64,000 bases of DNA from a virus (lineage: Duplodnaviria > Heunggongvirae > Uroviricota > Caudoviricetes). Position 1 is the stretch's first letter. Each line of letters starts with the position of its first letter. Positions 12,001 through 19,016 of the stretch are shown here, piece after piece. Below the pieces are notes generated by a model that was given only the letters and a program-made list of their open reading frames with translations, made no database searches and was not told where the DNA came from. The stretch is from the IMG/VR virus record IMGVR_UViG_3300042892_004104, one strand, 5' to 3'. Both the position numbers and the translations under genes were made by a program.

Positions 12001-12173
12001 ACATAACGGTCGTTGGGATTGACACCAGGGCCTACACTGCGGCCAATGAATCCCTGAGTCTTTTTGAACTGTGGTTCTTGAATTAACTGGTCTAGAGTTG
12101 CTGCAAGAAATTGCTTGTTGGCATCAGTTTGAAAAATTTCAGGTAAAAAGTCAACACTGCGTACTGTTGCCAT
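1..12173 (-). CDS. Giant virion structural protein (baseplate/tail-associated), >4,050 aa, 3' end beyond the left edge; contains FG-GAP-like repeats
   Basis: ATG at 12173 overlaps the gp6 stop (TAATG). Translates MATVRSVDFLPEIFQTDANKQFL. I checked the same frame by hand at ~8050 (DIRDQVLLEFETRIYNNLK), ~5000 (FGTSIAQARNRLAVLIGSP) and 3-59 (FDLENWQLVNAGTYNNG). Its absence from the ORF track is consistent with no stop inside the window. Confidence 0.88.
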   Translation of the reverse strand, partial: MATVRSVDFLPEIFQTDANKQFLAATLDQLIQEPQFKKTQGFIGRSVGPGVNPNDRYVIEPTKSRTDYQLEPGVISLKPDTDRVRDAITYPGMNDAVAYQGGRNSTPDQLYSSEYYSWDPFVDFDPFVNFSQYFWLPAGPSAVDVAATGIPVQANFPVTRADGVYTFGGISGQNPVIELVRGGSYSFQVAQNNKETVNYRVRNLQNSAYSIDAQSNPDLTLARGNTYVFNLNLTGVFPFWIKTAPTTGRGELYNSGVTRNGSNSGLVTFVVPQDAPDTLYYAAENEANMQGQLTIVDSVPGTGPGFWIQAAPGVSGFLPATPNVSSRDVFGVDNNGQDLGTVIFNVPYKTAQNFYYNLPSINNVDLITDLKFDQINNIPVVEFIAQYGGIDGITNLSGRTLVFTNPISDYEDGGWQRTTRFDPLEAVSANNGLPGSYDSIEYDQTTVIPLEDRYQLWQINYVNDSGTNYIFLSRIETIDALTKFTIRYGTEYSSTQWYKDNTGLFERIPLLTAAQDVLYYQDGTDPEIFGQIRLIDQLASDTLTLDQIIGQRSYTSPNGVAFTNGLNVRFIGAVEPAEFGSGIGSLTYSSTESGTNYITSLEVNELYVGQQIVFSAPTLGGLVAGQTYYVRSFAANGQKFTVSATLGGLAVNLVTGQGEGVNQATTISNREYYVSGVGTAIELLPVTNFVVPESYAADADSTTVNVEPGQPDYLTINRASQDLNAWSRSNRWFHIDVINATAEYTNVPAVLNNQFRAKRPIVQFRPGIRLYNMGTEGKAPVDIIDFVATDAFSNINGSLGYTINGYALAEGSRVIFAADTDADVRNKIYQVSFIIPDSQDPLIEQPVINLTLATDGNVLIDQSTVVLNGTITAGKTYWFDGTDWTQAQQKTGIQQAPLYNVYDTVGVSFSNNTKYPSTTFAGSKLFSYAVGDTNIFDPVLQFPLQYLNINNVGDIVFENNLYKDTFLYVEDNASVTLAIDQGSVQEYQSRTGYNKLIGWQTAAVTSQIYQQFKFNYSGQTLKLDVAVLPQTAIAVPVVKIYAGSVFQDMSTYTYTVTADSTVITLNRIYTPEDVIEVLVLSDQTSQIAFYQVPVNLESNPLNENSELFTLGTVRSHYQSICENLPGLTGEINGANNLRDLGNVVPYGLNILQQSAPLTLAGYFLRSKEYNIFSSLQYNSREYIKFKAQMLDAVLSQNIGFRNTAQVLDTAIQDVTLGKLDSQPFYWSDMIPTGVTVASNTYTVGFVTGVTFDTVQVYNYTSANYLGLLVYRNDLLLTRGVDYVVATDGPRITIITTLATGDTIVINEYSNTYGSFVPNTPTKLGLYPAYQPGIVLQKTSTGTIEAIQGHDGSTTPVFGDIRDQVLLEFETRIYNNLKLDGNPVPLDLNNVMPGQFRTTGYSFEEINSILSQDFLSYCGWNKLDYKPQQYSANNSFTWNYSSAQNKLNNQNMLGAWRGIYRYTYDTQQPEYTPWEMLGLSIRPTWWNERYGPAPYTQDNLVLWDDIEAGYVADPVAPYFAEGYARPGLLEILPTGTEGELLSPAQCVMGTFNETQFQKSWTVGDGGPVEASWWNSSSYPFAVMRVLALTRPAKFFALFADRDLYRYNEDYQQYLYNNRFRLDANGVEVYGNGVSKASYINWIVDYNRLTGLDSTNNLTADLKSLDVRLCYRMASFSDKQYIKLYTEKSSPNSINTTLLIPDESYDILLYKNQPFDRVSYSSVTIQRTDRGGFIVNGYSTVQPYFNIFESRATGRLQTYTNGGITIRVPTFYTDTVVQVPYGFEFSSVTSVADFLLSYGQFLDSQGLSFTDIANGYVLDWPRMVNEFMYWSQQGWGTDAIININPLATGLTVTKPQAIVDSILAQTAENSVLNQNSQEFPVRNLNIVRLDNTFVMQALNDNSISFVDLSYTTYEHMVVLNNQSVFGDLIYDPVTGARQSRLNLVAVNSTGWNGNVDAPGFILNQDNVEEWTGTRIYSKGEIVKYKNVFWSALTIVQPSVNFNFNNWTQSDYSQIELGLLPNLSNKANQLVNSYNINSANIDSDNDLLSYGLIGFRPREYMAALNLDDVSQVNVYRQFLGSKGTALSTELFKGANFGKEAADYDIYENWAVQRAVYGANANRSFFELRLNRALLDPNPSLVQVVVPQQASDADQTVLLTDVWRQSYRLTSPDILPTTTTLPTDIALPTAGYVNINDADITVFDINDVGSLNENIDNIEVGTTIWVAKVNNHDWNIYRAESVPGTVDHVCDNLNETSRVIFSKQHDLAIGDKLIIKFFDDEVNGVYDVVGIPNINTVNIVFQFAGDRTVANGQGLGFTLQTMRVAQASDIADLPYANEIRSGARVWVDNNGAGAWSVLEKRQAFENITTIVPDQNVVQAGEQFGTSIAQARNRLAVLIGSPHYAVSDDSSLNQRGGVYVFLRDDSTAYNPVSPLGADEDAVLTLDVEGVRGYGNAVDFGDQAWAVAGASASLGPQGQDNNGYTVVIFRDPALGQPGVIPFAQWQLLTQPGTTTTTTPGAGEFGHSVVMSADERWMYIGAPGLNQVHAYGRVDWQNQFFRVRGNGVTTTYDISNTIQIDQATQLKVTVDGLLLALGTDYTVNAALTEVELSVAAAIDKLVDIQRIYVQQIDAQTYFDVPQTATSGGGSGVEFTIVRVRNEIGQSGGTLPGSIGLTSFGSGYAVGNTITIAATSFGGGVNGVNDIVLTLTSVGAAGSAGAFTIAYTPPTLQTVFDLSTNFFTATNIDSFSITVGSVLYRPNIDYTFNSGTKQLTFATVPTQGTVIVVNAQGYFEYVNTLTVGGLAADARFGHSVSCSTDGRQVMVGTPYQTVSAQVQAGAVYVFDRAVQRFIRNNDSSNAYTVLGTVTAPVTVYLNNTRLINQDNSIVGAPGTFAVSGNTITIADELNIGDNIEIETNQFGLIEAVTQNTVAEFCNFGSAVDLCSNNCSLYVGEPQSSVQVYKGGIVERSVNQSRLYGSIAATVANPALTAGNTLRVNNIDVAVPASNPTIQGLAAAINGLPVGVQSGVPNVLATVTAGILTLSVKNSAAAPYGNKLQVAPGSVGTAFADLGFRTFVWTQNISSPYPIAFAGFGSSVSIDTSAINLVVGAPQGTLYIEVEFDDGTTIFDVGSTEFFSSIAQSGAVYTFDYLPSDSESVSNPGKFVFGAQISTIEVTPYANFGTAVNYTSGLLMVGAPDADVGDSAETDYGSVFVYENATRSPVWQATAVQQPVVDIRLLNSVFLYDQITSATTEFLDFMDPLQGKILGAARQNIDYIGGIDPASYNSGPNNVRGTTWAASHVGQVWWNTSTVRFIDPNQDNIVYASRRWAQVFPGSSVDVYQWISSSVPPANYTGQGTVLDNLSFTVNSKLAADGTIVTEYYFWVRGITVTAPRKTLPVSTVASYIESPRSSGIPYLAPINASTVALYNSGDLIEASDTVLHIEFDRELTTDNVHVEYELIAQGRADGFLSNNLYRKLQDSFCGVDTFGNQVPDLGLSPAERYGVQFRPRQSMFVNRFEALRNYLSRANSVLKQYFIAESRVFNLLNSGEPEPSASSGLWNLRVTNLEILGFQNIDAVPLGYRYLVQTDSNNRGLWTIYTVQNSQTQLGQRALILSRVQNFNTPDYWSYIDWYRPGYNSSSKLITEVASFSLLDTLSVPVGSSVKVTANAQGKFEIYLKTDLAWERVGLEDGTIEFSAELWDYALGRYGFDLEVFDAQYYDQEPVIETRKIIQAINEELFVDDLAIERNRSLILMFDYVLSEFSAPEWLVKTSLIDVDHRIRDLVPYQNFNRDNQEFVEDYIQEVKPYHVQIREFNLQYAGFDDFRGDAVDFDLPAYFDTELELPQFTSPVLLPYQQSTAFNATLTTVSNLPASSTVWTQWPYSEWIQNYLLNLIEVEITSSGQGYNQAPVVTFEGDAVQPAQGFAVVNSLGQVVGVTITTPGVGYRATPVVTFTGGNGSGVRAYASMDGSAAAQDYSGSVIPTTVDYYSPVRTFRTTMKFDRYQYVPTLTEWSSDATYQNGDLVRYDNRVWQADSQDSTAVVGPTFDLENWQLVNAGTYNNG

Positions 12174-15100
12174 TAGATAACTCCACTTCCAGGTGTAGTA
12201 CGCAAATTGGTACTGGTCAATGCGTCGATCACATCAATGTTGTCAATGGTGGCACCATTGGCAAAAATCTCGCTTGGGGTGCTGCGAATTTCGTATAGGT
12301 CGCCAAAACTCTTTTCAGGATTTAAAGGAACCAGCACCACACTACTAATTATGCTGCCTAATTCTCGGTGTAAAAACGCTGCAAGTTCCGAGAAGTAGAA
12401 TGTGTCTCCAAAGTTCCATTTATCAATAGAAAAATAGTCATTCATAACTGCAATTACAGAACTTCTGAGTTCACTCGAACTGGCTGTTGAATTGCTAGCA
12501 CGAATCACTTTGATTGTGGCTCGCAGTTCGGGGGCTGCTTTGGCTCCAAACAAGGGTTTGAATATTACTGAGTTTGTGACAATATTGTCACTCAACATCT
12601 TGTAGTCTTGCAATCTTTGATAAGCTGTGCTGAGTTCGTCAATGGATGGCACAGCAGGCTGCGGCACAGTGTTAGTGGTGTCACGCAGCCAGTTTTGGTA
12701 TGCAGTATAATAATCTTGAGTGACCACATACAGATCAATGATGTTGGTTGTGCCAGGATCAATTCTACTGCTGAGAGGACTGTTGTGGCGATATTGATAA
12801 TACAAGTCCTGTCGACCTGTTCTAGCAATCCATCCCGCCACGGCCACCAATGTTCTTGCACCTGTGGTACTGATGCTGAGTTCGTAGAATTCTGCCGGAT
12901 CGTAGGCATAAAAAACTTGTCCAGGTGACCATTCATCTTTGACCAGTTCAAGGTCGTCCAGGGTAGCATAGTCGCTGTTGACTCGACCGGACTCAACCAA
13001 AAGATAACGCTGCAGATTATCAAAATCCACTGTTTGTTGGAAAAACACTAGTTTTTGTGTGGGATTCACACTAGGAGCAACAATTTCATCAAAGAAATCT
13101 GGATCGTCGGGCACGCCATCGTTGTCCGAGTCACGGAACCCCACCAAGACCTGGAAGTCGTCTACGTAGCCATCGCTTTCTACAGGTTGACCAGTAATGG
13201 TCATGGGAATATCTCCTGGTAAACTGGCAGTGGTGTCTGGCTGTGTGTTTACTGCCAGCACATTCACAAAGTCTTTGATCACTGTGCTTGTGCGACTGTC
13301 GTAGATCTGCTGGTCGTCAAAAAAGAAGAATCGTGTTTGTAATACACTGCCAAAGTTATAGGCCAGGCCTCGAAAACTGATTGTGTAGTTTTGATTTTGC
13401 GTTACAAACTGAACCATCCAGCTAGCGTCTGAATTAGTACCAGCAATGGATCCTGCATTAGCCAGACTGAACTCAGCATCTTGATCTAGGTTGGTACTAG
13501 TAATCAGGTACCAAGTGTAAGGCGTACCTGTGACAGCACCGTCGTTATCGTAGCCAATACCAAAGTTGCGATACAATAAAATTTGCTCAGCTATTGTCTG
13601 TTCAAAACTCAAGGGCAAATCTGTTACAAATAACGGAATAATAGTATCTACAATTGCACCTGTGGGCACAAAGTTGTTGATGGTCACAGGACCAGCACCT
13701 GATGAAAGATTGCCTAGTCCACCGTTGTAGCCGTCACCAATGACCTGTTGTGGACTTGCCCAGATACTGGTACGTTCGTTCACACGACCTGGTACTCCAG
13801 TTTGCAATCGATTGTTGGCATCAAAATATTGTCCTGTGGGAGCAACAAATTTGATCAGTGCTCCGGTCACAACATATTTAAAAACTGTGCTGGTAGTTGA
13901 GCCCACAGCAATTGGCTGACCTGCTGCATTTTTAAAGTAACCAGTGGTTTCATTGGCCAAAGTTGTGCTCTGCTGCCAAGTGGTGCCTAGCGTTGATCCT
14001 GTGTTAACTGCTTCACGTGGAAAGTTTGCATAGTAAAATTGTTGCATTGTACTATCAGTCAGTTGAGGCTGCACTTGATTGGTAACTGCATCAGCAATTT
14101 CATTGCGATTGACCCAGCTAAAAAGAATTGTGGGCAACACTATCTCTTGCCACAGGCCGCCGTCACTGCCAAATGTGTTGGTAGAACTGTATTTGCCAGT
14201 GTTGTCTACTAGGTCCAGGTATCGGCTGGTGCCAATGCTTGCACGATTCAAGGCCTTGCTCTTTAAGATACTGCTGTATTCGGTGTATGGAAACAGGTTG
14301 TAATCTTCGCCGTTGACCATACGATTCTGAGTGTAGTACCTTGAGGGTGCACGTTGCTTGATAGCATCAATGCTTTCACGTGCCTGGCTATTGCTAACTG
14401 GCTGTGTGATACCACAAGTAAATGTCATAGTCTCCAAGTTACCTTCACGACTGATGTAACTGACAGGTATGGTCACTGCCTGCATTTCCTCAGGGTTAAT
14501 GATGTATTGAAGACCATTGCTTGCGCGAACATAAGCACGGAATGTGCCCACAGGGATTTCAGAAAACACGCCGTCACCAAACACCATGGTGATCTGATCA
14601 TTGGTTCTAGAATTTAAAGTATAGATAGGGCGCAGGCTTGTTCCCAGTTGTTCGGCTGCTGCAGAATAAATGTTTTCTGAATACGTCCATTCGCGATTGA
14701 CGTTGCCCACTGTGTCCAACTGAAACAGCCAGTAGTCTTCGTTGTTGACGCCTTCAATGTTGATGTTCACTGTGCGGTTGCTGATTCGTTCGGACAAATT
14801 AAAGTCTTGGTTTTGCAACACGCCTTGCTTGAACATAAAAAAGTAGCCAGTGTTGGCACTTTGAAAACCCAGGCTGTCATTGCGGAACAAGACGTTGAAA
14901 GGCTGATTGGCCTGGGGAGCCGGTTCATACAAATAATCTTCGCCCACAGAGGTAGAAGTCACTGCTTCAAACGGCATGGTCACGCCGTCTACAGTGGCAG
15001 TGTAAGGCACAACTGGCAAAAATCCTGGCACCAGGTTTATGGCATATTCTTCAGTACGCACTCCCAAAATAGTGTTACGGTTTCCGGGCCGGCCCACACG

Positions 15101-15604
15101 TTGCGAATCCACCAGACTGGCATTGAGAACCGCAGTAAATTGTTCTTGCCAGTCGGGATTGGTTGGGTCTGCCCAGTTTACTGTGAAGTTGGAAAGATTA
15201 ATGCCTTGATAGTCAATGACGTTTTCTGTTGTGGTCACAGAGAACACTTTGAGCAGTCCTTGTGCCGCAGTGTTGCGTTTGGCAGTGTAGCTGACCAAGT
15301 TGGCTAGACGTACCACTGAGTCACGACGCTCAGCAGTGTCCAAGTAGTTTTCACGTGTGTTGAGGTCTGTACGAAAGGCCAGGGCCTGACCCATGAACGC
15401 AATAACGTCCAGCAAAGCAATGTATTCAGAACTTTCAATGTAGTCATTGAAGGTTTCTGGATAATACAATCGCAAGTAATCAACGAAACTTTTTCGCAAA
15501 GTTTCAAAATCATAGCTTTGAAAGTCTGCTTCTCGATAGGTTTGATAGATCTGTTTCCAGTCTTCAACGCCGAAAATTGCTGTTTGTCTTGTGGTTGTTG
15601 CCAT
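12173..15604 (-). CDS. gp6: Baseplate wedge subunit, T4 gp6-like
   Basis: N-terminal DFETLRKSFVDYLR...LLDVIAFMGQALAFRTDLNTRENYLDTAERRDSVVRLANLVSY is typical of gp6/baseplate J; 1143 aa; adjacent to a gp25-like gene. Confidence 0.85.
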   Translation of the reverse strand: MATTTRQTAIFGVEDWKQIYQTYREADFQSYDFETLRKSFVDYLRLYYPETFNDYIESSEYIALLDVIAFMGQALAFRTDLNTRENYLDTAERRDSVVRLANLVSYTAKRNTAAQGLLKVFSVTTTENVIDYQGINLSNFTVNWADPTNPDWQEQFTAVLNASLVDSQRVGRPGNRNTILGVRTEEYAINLVPGFLPVVPYTATVDGVTMPFEAVTSTSVGEDYLYEPAPQANQPFNVLFRNDSLGFQSANTGYFFMFKQGVLQNQDFNLSERISNRTVNINIEGVNNEDYWLFQLDTVGNVNREWTYSENIYSAAAEQLGTSLRPIYTLNSRTNDQITMVFGDGVFSEIPVGTFRAYVRASNGLQYIINPEEMQAVTIPVSYISREGNLETMTFTCGITQPVSNSQARESIDAIKQRAPSRYYTQNRMVNGEDYNLFPYTEYSSILKSKALNRASIGTSRYLDLVDNTGKYSSTNTFGSDGGLWQEIVLPTILFSWVNRNEIADAVTNQVQPQLTDSTMQQFYYANFPREAVNTGSTLGTTWQQSTTLANETTGYFKNAAGQPIAVGSTTSTVFKYVVTGALIKFVAPTGQYFDANNRLQTGVPGRVNERTSIWASPQQVIGDGYNGGLGNLSSGAGPVTINNFVPTGAIVDTIIPLFVTDLPLSFEQTIAEQILLYRNFGIGYDNDGAVTGTPYTWYLITSTNLDQDAEFSLANAGSIAGTNSDASWMVQFVTQNQNYTISFRGLAYNFGSVLQTRFFFFDDQQIYDSRTSTVIKDFVNVLAVNTQPDTTASLPGDIPMTITGQPVESDGYVDDFQVLVGFRDSDNDGVPDDPDFFDEIVAPSVNPTQKLVFFQQTVDFDNLQRYLLVESGRVNSDYATLDDLELVKDEWSPGQVFYAYDPAEFYELSISTTGARTLVAVAGWIARTGRQDLYYQYRHNSPLSSRIDPGTTNIIDLYVVTQDYYTAYQNWLRDTTNTVPQPAVPSIDELSTAYQRLQDYKMLSDNIVTNSVIFKPLFGAKAAPELRATIKVIRASNSTASSSELRSSVIAVMNDYFSIDKWNFGDTFYFSELAAFLHRELGSIISSVVLVPLNPEKSFGDLYEIRSTPSEIFANGATIDNIDVIDALTSTNLRTTPGSGVI

Positions 15605-15650
15605 TCTTGTGAGCCTCGTAGTTTATTTATCGAGACTAAAAACGGCTCAG

Positions 15651-16028
15651 TTATACATAGGTGGCGTTGCGTTGCTCTAGATCAAAGAAGATGGCCAAGC
15701 GTTCAGCATCTGTGCTAGGCACCACTTCCAGTTCAATCTGAATCAGAATGCCGTTGCCCGAAGGAAAAGCTTGTGTGCTGTTGATGTATATACGGGGATC
15801 TTGTCCGGCCACACGCTGCACTTCTCTTTCAATTTCTCGTTGAGTTGATTCCAGTTGAGGTTCAAACAAAAAATTCCATAGTACCGTGCCATAAGCTGGC
15901 CGTCCCGGAAGTTGGCCTTGCCGTATGTTGAACGCATTCAGGAGATCGCGTTTGATTAGTTCAAACCCGGTCAAGGTAAACTTTTTGAACTGGTTTTGTG
16001 TGTTGAATCCGATAAATGCTTGTGCCAT
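15651..16028 (-). CDS. gp25: Baseplate wedge subunit, gp25-like
   Basis: LIKRDLLNAFNIRQGQLPGRPAYGTVLWNFLFEP...DPRI pattern. Start moved to the ATG at 16028, just after a TAAATA motif and clear of the upstream gene. Confidence 0.8.
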   Translation of the reverse strand: MAQAFIGFNTQNQFKKFTLTGFELIKRDLLNAFNIRQGQLPGRPAYGTVLWNFLFEPQLESTQREIEREVQRVAGQDPRIYINSTQAFPSGNGILIQIELEVVPSTDAERLAIFFDLEQRNATYV

Positions 16029-16036
16029 GCTGATAT

Positions 16037-17488
16037 TTATGCAGTTTGTGTGGTGTTTTCTTCGGGGGGTCTTGGATAACCAATTGCTGCTAGCCCTGGT
16101 AGTCCGCGACGTAGTCGTTCGGCATTTATACGATCCCACACAATAGTATCACTGCCAGTGTAAATTAAATCTTCATCTTTGGTTTTAGAATAGAGAGATG
16201 CGTCAGGTGTTCCATAATTGGGCAATGGAACTTTGTCATTGCCCACTAGTCTACCAATGGCAGCATTTAATGTAGAGCGATTCACAGTATCAATTGCTGG
16301 TATTGGAATTTCAATGGCTTTAAATGCTTCAGGAATTTTAGAATCTGTCAAGGCCACAGCAAAAGCAGCATCTCGAGTGGTTGCATTAAACTGTGCCTGT
16401 ACTGAGGGCGGTAATGGTAATTTTTTAACAAATGCTTCTGTATCAGCCACTGACTTGGCAGAGTTTAAAGCAAGTCCTGATTGCAATTCAGCAGTGAGGC
16501 TACTAACTGGTATACCCCGCTGGCCTAACACACTCAATCCTTGACTCATTAGATCTTGTTGTATTTTTTCTTGAGCTGCTGGGCTCGCCAACAAGTTGTT
16601 GACTCCAGTGATGCCGCCTTTGCCAGTCCAAACAGACGGGCTATTGAGAACGCTGGTTAAAGAACTTGTGCTGTATGCAGCAGCAGTTCCCGGTTTGACG
16701 TGTCCAGCAAGTTCCAACTGGTTGACATCAAGTCCAAAAGACCCCAGTCCTTTGGCATTGGTCAATGCTGCGGGACTTTGCGACACAAGATTTTTTGCTT
16801 GTGCAAGAACTCCGGTAACTTGAGAACTGCTGATCCCGGCAATTGGTGCCAGTGCTGCTGCTTGTTTAGAAAAATCAGCAATGCTGATAGGAGAAGTCAC
16901 TGGAGTTTTTGCAAGAACTCCTGTAATAGAGCTAACTGCTGTCTGTGCCGCGGATCCTAGAGAGCTCGGTATTGCAGACAATGACCCAATTGGGCCAGTT
17001 GCGCCTGGAATTCCTGCACCCAGGGCGCCAATTATTCCAGATTTTGCTTGCCCTAGTTGTGCTAGCGCACTAGGAAGACCTGCTTCAGCTTGTGTAACTG
17101 CACTCAGTATTTCACCTGACTTGAATCCCACAAGTGATCCAGTCTTGGCCTGTTGATCAAATATTGCACGAGCTTGTTCAAGTGTCAGCCCTGGCGGACC
17201 CTTGACTACAAAAGTTTTTGCTGTTCCGTCTGGGTTTGTTGGGGCAGCCGAAGAGGTAGATGCAGGTGCTGGCGTATCTTCCGGCGGTCGAGGATATCCA
17301 AGTGCTGTTAAACTTGGAAGTCCCCTACGCAGTCGTTCAGCATTGACTCTATCCCAGACTGCAGTATCAGTTCCAGTATAGGTTAAATCTTCGTCTTTTG
17401 TTTTGGAATAAAGATTACTTTCAAAGTTGGCAGTGCCCGGGCCAACACTGGCTTTTAAACTATCAAGGTTAAATGTAAAACTACCCAT
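16037..17488 (-). CDS. Baseplate-region protein with a 45-aa domain duplicated at both termini; centre possibly a degenerate lysozyme-like fold
   Basis: 483-aa ORF lying between gp5-like and gp25-like genes. LYSKTKDEDL...GYPRPPE occurs twice. Confidence 0.7.
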   Translation of the reverse strand: MGSFTFNLDSLKASVGPGTANFESNLYSKTKDEDLTYTGTDTAVWDRVNAERLRRGLPSLTALGYPRPPEDTPAPASTSSAAPTNPDGTAKTFVVKGPPGLTLEQARAIFDQQAKTGSLVGFKSGEILSAVTQAEAGLPSALAQLGQAKSGIIGALGAGIPGATGPIGSLSAIPSSLGSAAQTAVSSITGVLAKTPVTSPISIADFSKQAAALAPIAGISSSQVTGVLAQAKNLVSQSPAALTNAKGLGSFGLDVNQLELAGHVKPGTAAAYSTSSLTSVLNSPSVWTGKGGITGVNNLLASPAAQEKIQQDLMSQGLSVLGQRGIPVSSLTAELQSGLALNSAKSVADTEAFVKKLPLPPSVQAQFNATTRDAAFAVALTDSKIPEAFKAIEIPIPAIDTVNRSTLNAAIGRLVGNDKVPLPNYGTPDASLYSKTKDEDLIYTGSDTIVWDRINAERLRRGLPGLAAIGYPRPPEENTTQTA

Positions 17489-17489
17489 G

Positions 17490-19007
17490 TTATTTGGCCA
17501 CTATTTCGACATCAGCAGGCACCGGTACTGCACCCGGAGGCGGTGTTGGTTTACCATCCTCAAATACAACTTTTACGTCAACTCCCAAATTATGATACGA
17601 ATATGGTTCATGCGTAGGAGCGCGACTTACCACACTTTCGAGTGTGCCAGGATCAACTACCCAACCTGTGCTGCTGCTAAATTTGGTATCATTGAGTACG
17701 GTTTTTACAATAGGATTGGGTGTTGCAACTTTGCCTGCTGCTATTCCATTTAGGTCAATAGTGCCAGCACTAAACACCAATGTGCTGCCGCCGCCCCAGG
17801 CGCCGCTGGCACTGTTCAAGGTTAATGTACCATCAGATTTGACTCCAATGGTGGCTTTGCTGTACATGGTAATATCAGTTTGTGCATCTATGATAATATC
17901 AGTCATAGATTCCAATTGCATCGTTTCTTTGCTTTTGATTTTGACATTGCGTCCAGCAAACATATTGATATCTCGGTCTGCATGCAGATTGATATCGCCT
18001 TCAGACCGAATATTTACACTGTTGGTACTAAACACATCCATTGTGCCTTCTGCACCAAACTCCAGCCAGGTTTGTCCGTTGGCATGAATAATGTAAAAAA
18101 AGTTACCACTGTCGCTCATGGTAATTTGATGTCCTTTGCTGGTTCGCAATCGCATCATGACATTTTGCCCGTCAAGATTTCCATCGTCCATGACCAGGCT
18201 GTGACCGCCTACTCTTCCAATGACCCTGGCGTCGCCAGGCTTGATTTCACCAGAGTTTAATTTTGCACGAATATCGTCAGGCTTCATGCCGCCTTGAAAA
18301 ATTGGAGTACCCGGTGTTGATATTCCAAATGCTGAACTAGGAGTTTCCCGCTGACTACTGGTACTGATAGTTCCACGTTCAATATCGTTTATCAACCCTT
18401 GTTGAAATATGCTTTGTGCAAGATAGCTTTGTACTGGTTTAGTAGATTCAAAAAATCTAGGATCATTAAAAATCTTAGTGTTGTTAACATTGATTTCTGA
18501 CACTGGCAATCGAGTAGCACCAGCAAAATAACTTCTTTGATTCTCGTTATCAAATTCAAATTTGTTGCTGCTGCCTATTGCTGGTACCATGTTGCCTAGA
18601 CCGTCATCAGGAATTACACCAATATAGTAGCCTTGGCTACGATCACCATTGACAAATATGCATACCACTGTGATGCCCACGTCAGGTGGGGTAAACCACA
18701 TGCCATAACTGTTGGCGTTGCCAGGATACTTGCCAATTTCATTGTTGATACCTGTGGCAGTGCTGACCGGAGTAGATCCAAAAAATGATGGCATGTAACT
18801 AACTGTGGTCCATTTGGATTCGTCGTTCATGGATTCTGGGCCACCGTCGGCAAATGCCTCAATAAACACTCGTAAACGACCAGCTCGTGTGGGATCCACT
18901 GAACTCATTACGATGCCAGTAAACGGACCAAATTCCGCAGGTACGCCGCCGCGGTCCTGTTTGTAATTTTTTGGTCTACCTTTACTGCGCTGTGTATTTT
19001 CTGACAT
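17490..19007 (-). CDS. gp5: Baseplate hub/spike protein, gp5/VgrG-like (OB-fold plus beta-helix repeats)
   Basis: GIVMSSVDPTRAGRLRVFI OB-fold motif, GMWFTPPDVG, and a C-terminal beta-helix region (RTSKGHQITMSDS, DINLHADRDINMFAG). Confidence 0.75.
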   Translation of the reverse strand: MSENTQRSKGRPKNYKQDRGGVPAEFGPFTGIVMSSVDPTRAGRLRVFIEAFADGGPESMNDESKWTTVSYMPSFFGSTPVSTATGINNEIGKYPGNANSYGMWFTPPDVGITVVCIFVNGDRSQGYYIGVIPDDGLGNMVPAIGSSNKFEFDNENQRSYFAGATRLPVSEINVNNTKIFNDPRFFESTKPVQSYLAQSIFQQGLINDIERGTISTSSQRETPSSAFGISTPGTPIFQGGMKPDDIRAKLNSGEIKPGDARVIGRVGGHSLVMDDGNLDGQNVMMRLRTSKGHQITMSDSGNFFYIIHANGQTWLEFGAEGTMDVFSTNSVNIRSEGDINLHADRDINMFAGRNVKIKSKETMQLESMTDIIIDAQTDITMYSKATIGVKSDGTLTLNSASGAWGGGSTLVFSAGTIDLNGIAAGKVATPNPIVKTVLNDTKFSSSTGWVVDPGTLESVVSRAPTHEPYSYHNLGVDVKVVFEDGKPTPPPGAVPVPADVEIVAK

Positions 19008-19016
19008 GTGTGTTCC

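Noticed and set aside
624-12398. Numerous short ORFs listed across 0.6-12.4 kb
   Set aside because: They are antisense or off-frame shadows of the single giant minus-strand ORF, with no protein-like motifs or RBS.
16029-16139. Upstream starts given in the ORF track for gp25 (16139), gp21 (47036) and the TPR-GT gene (51768)
   Set aside because: The extensions overlap neighbouring genes or promoters. Downstream ATGs at 16028, 47063 and 51708 fit the homology start and promoter positions.
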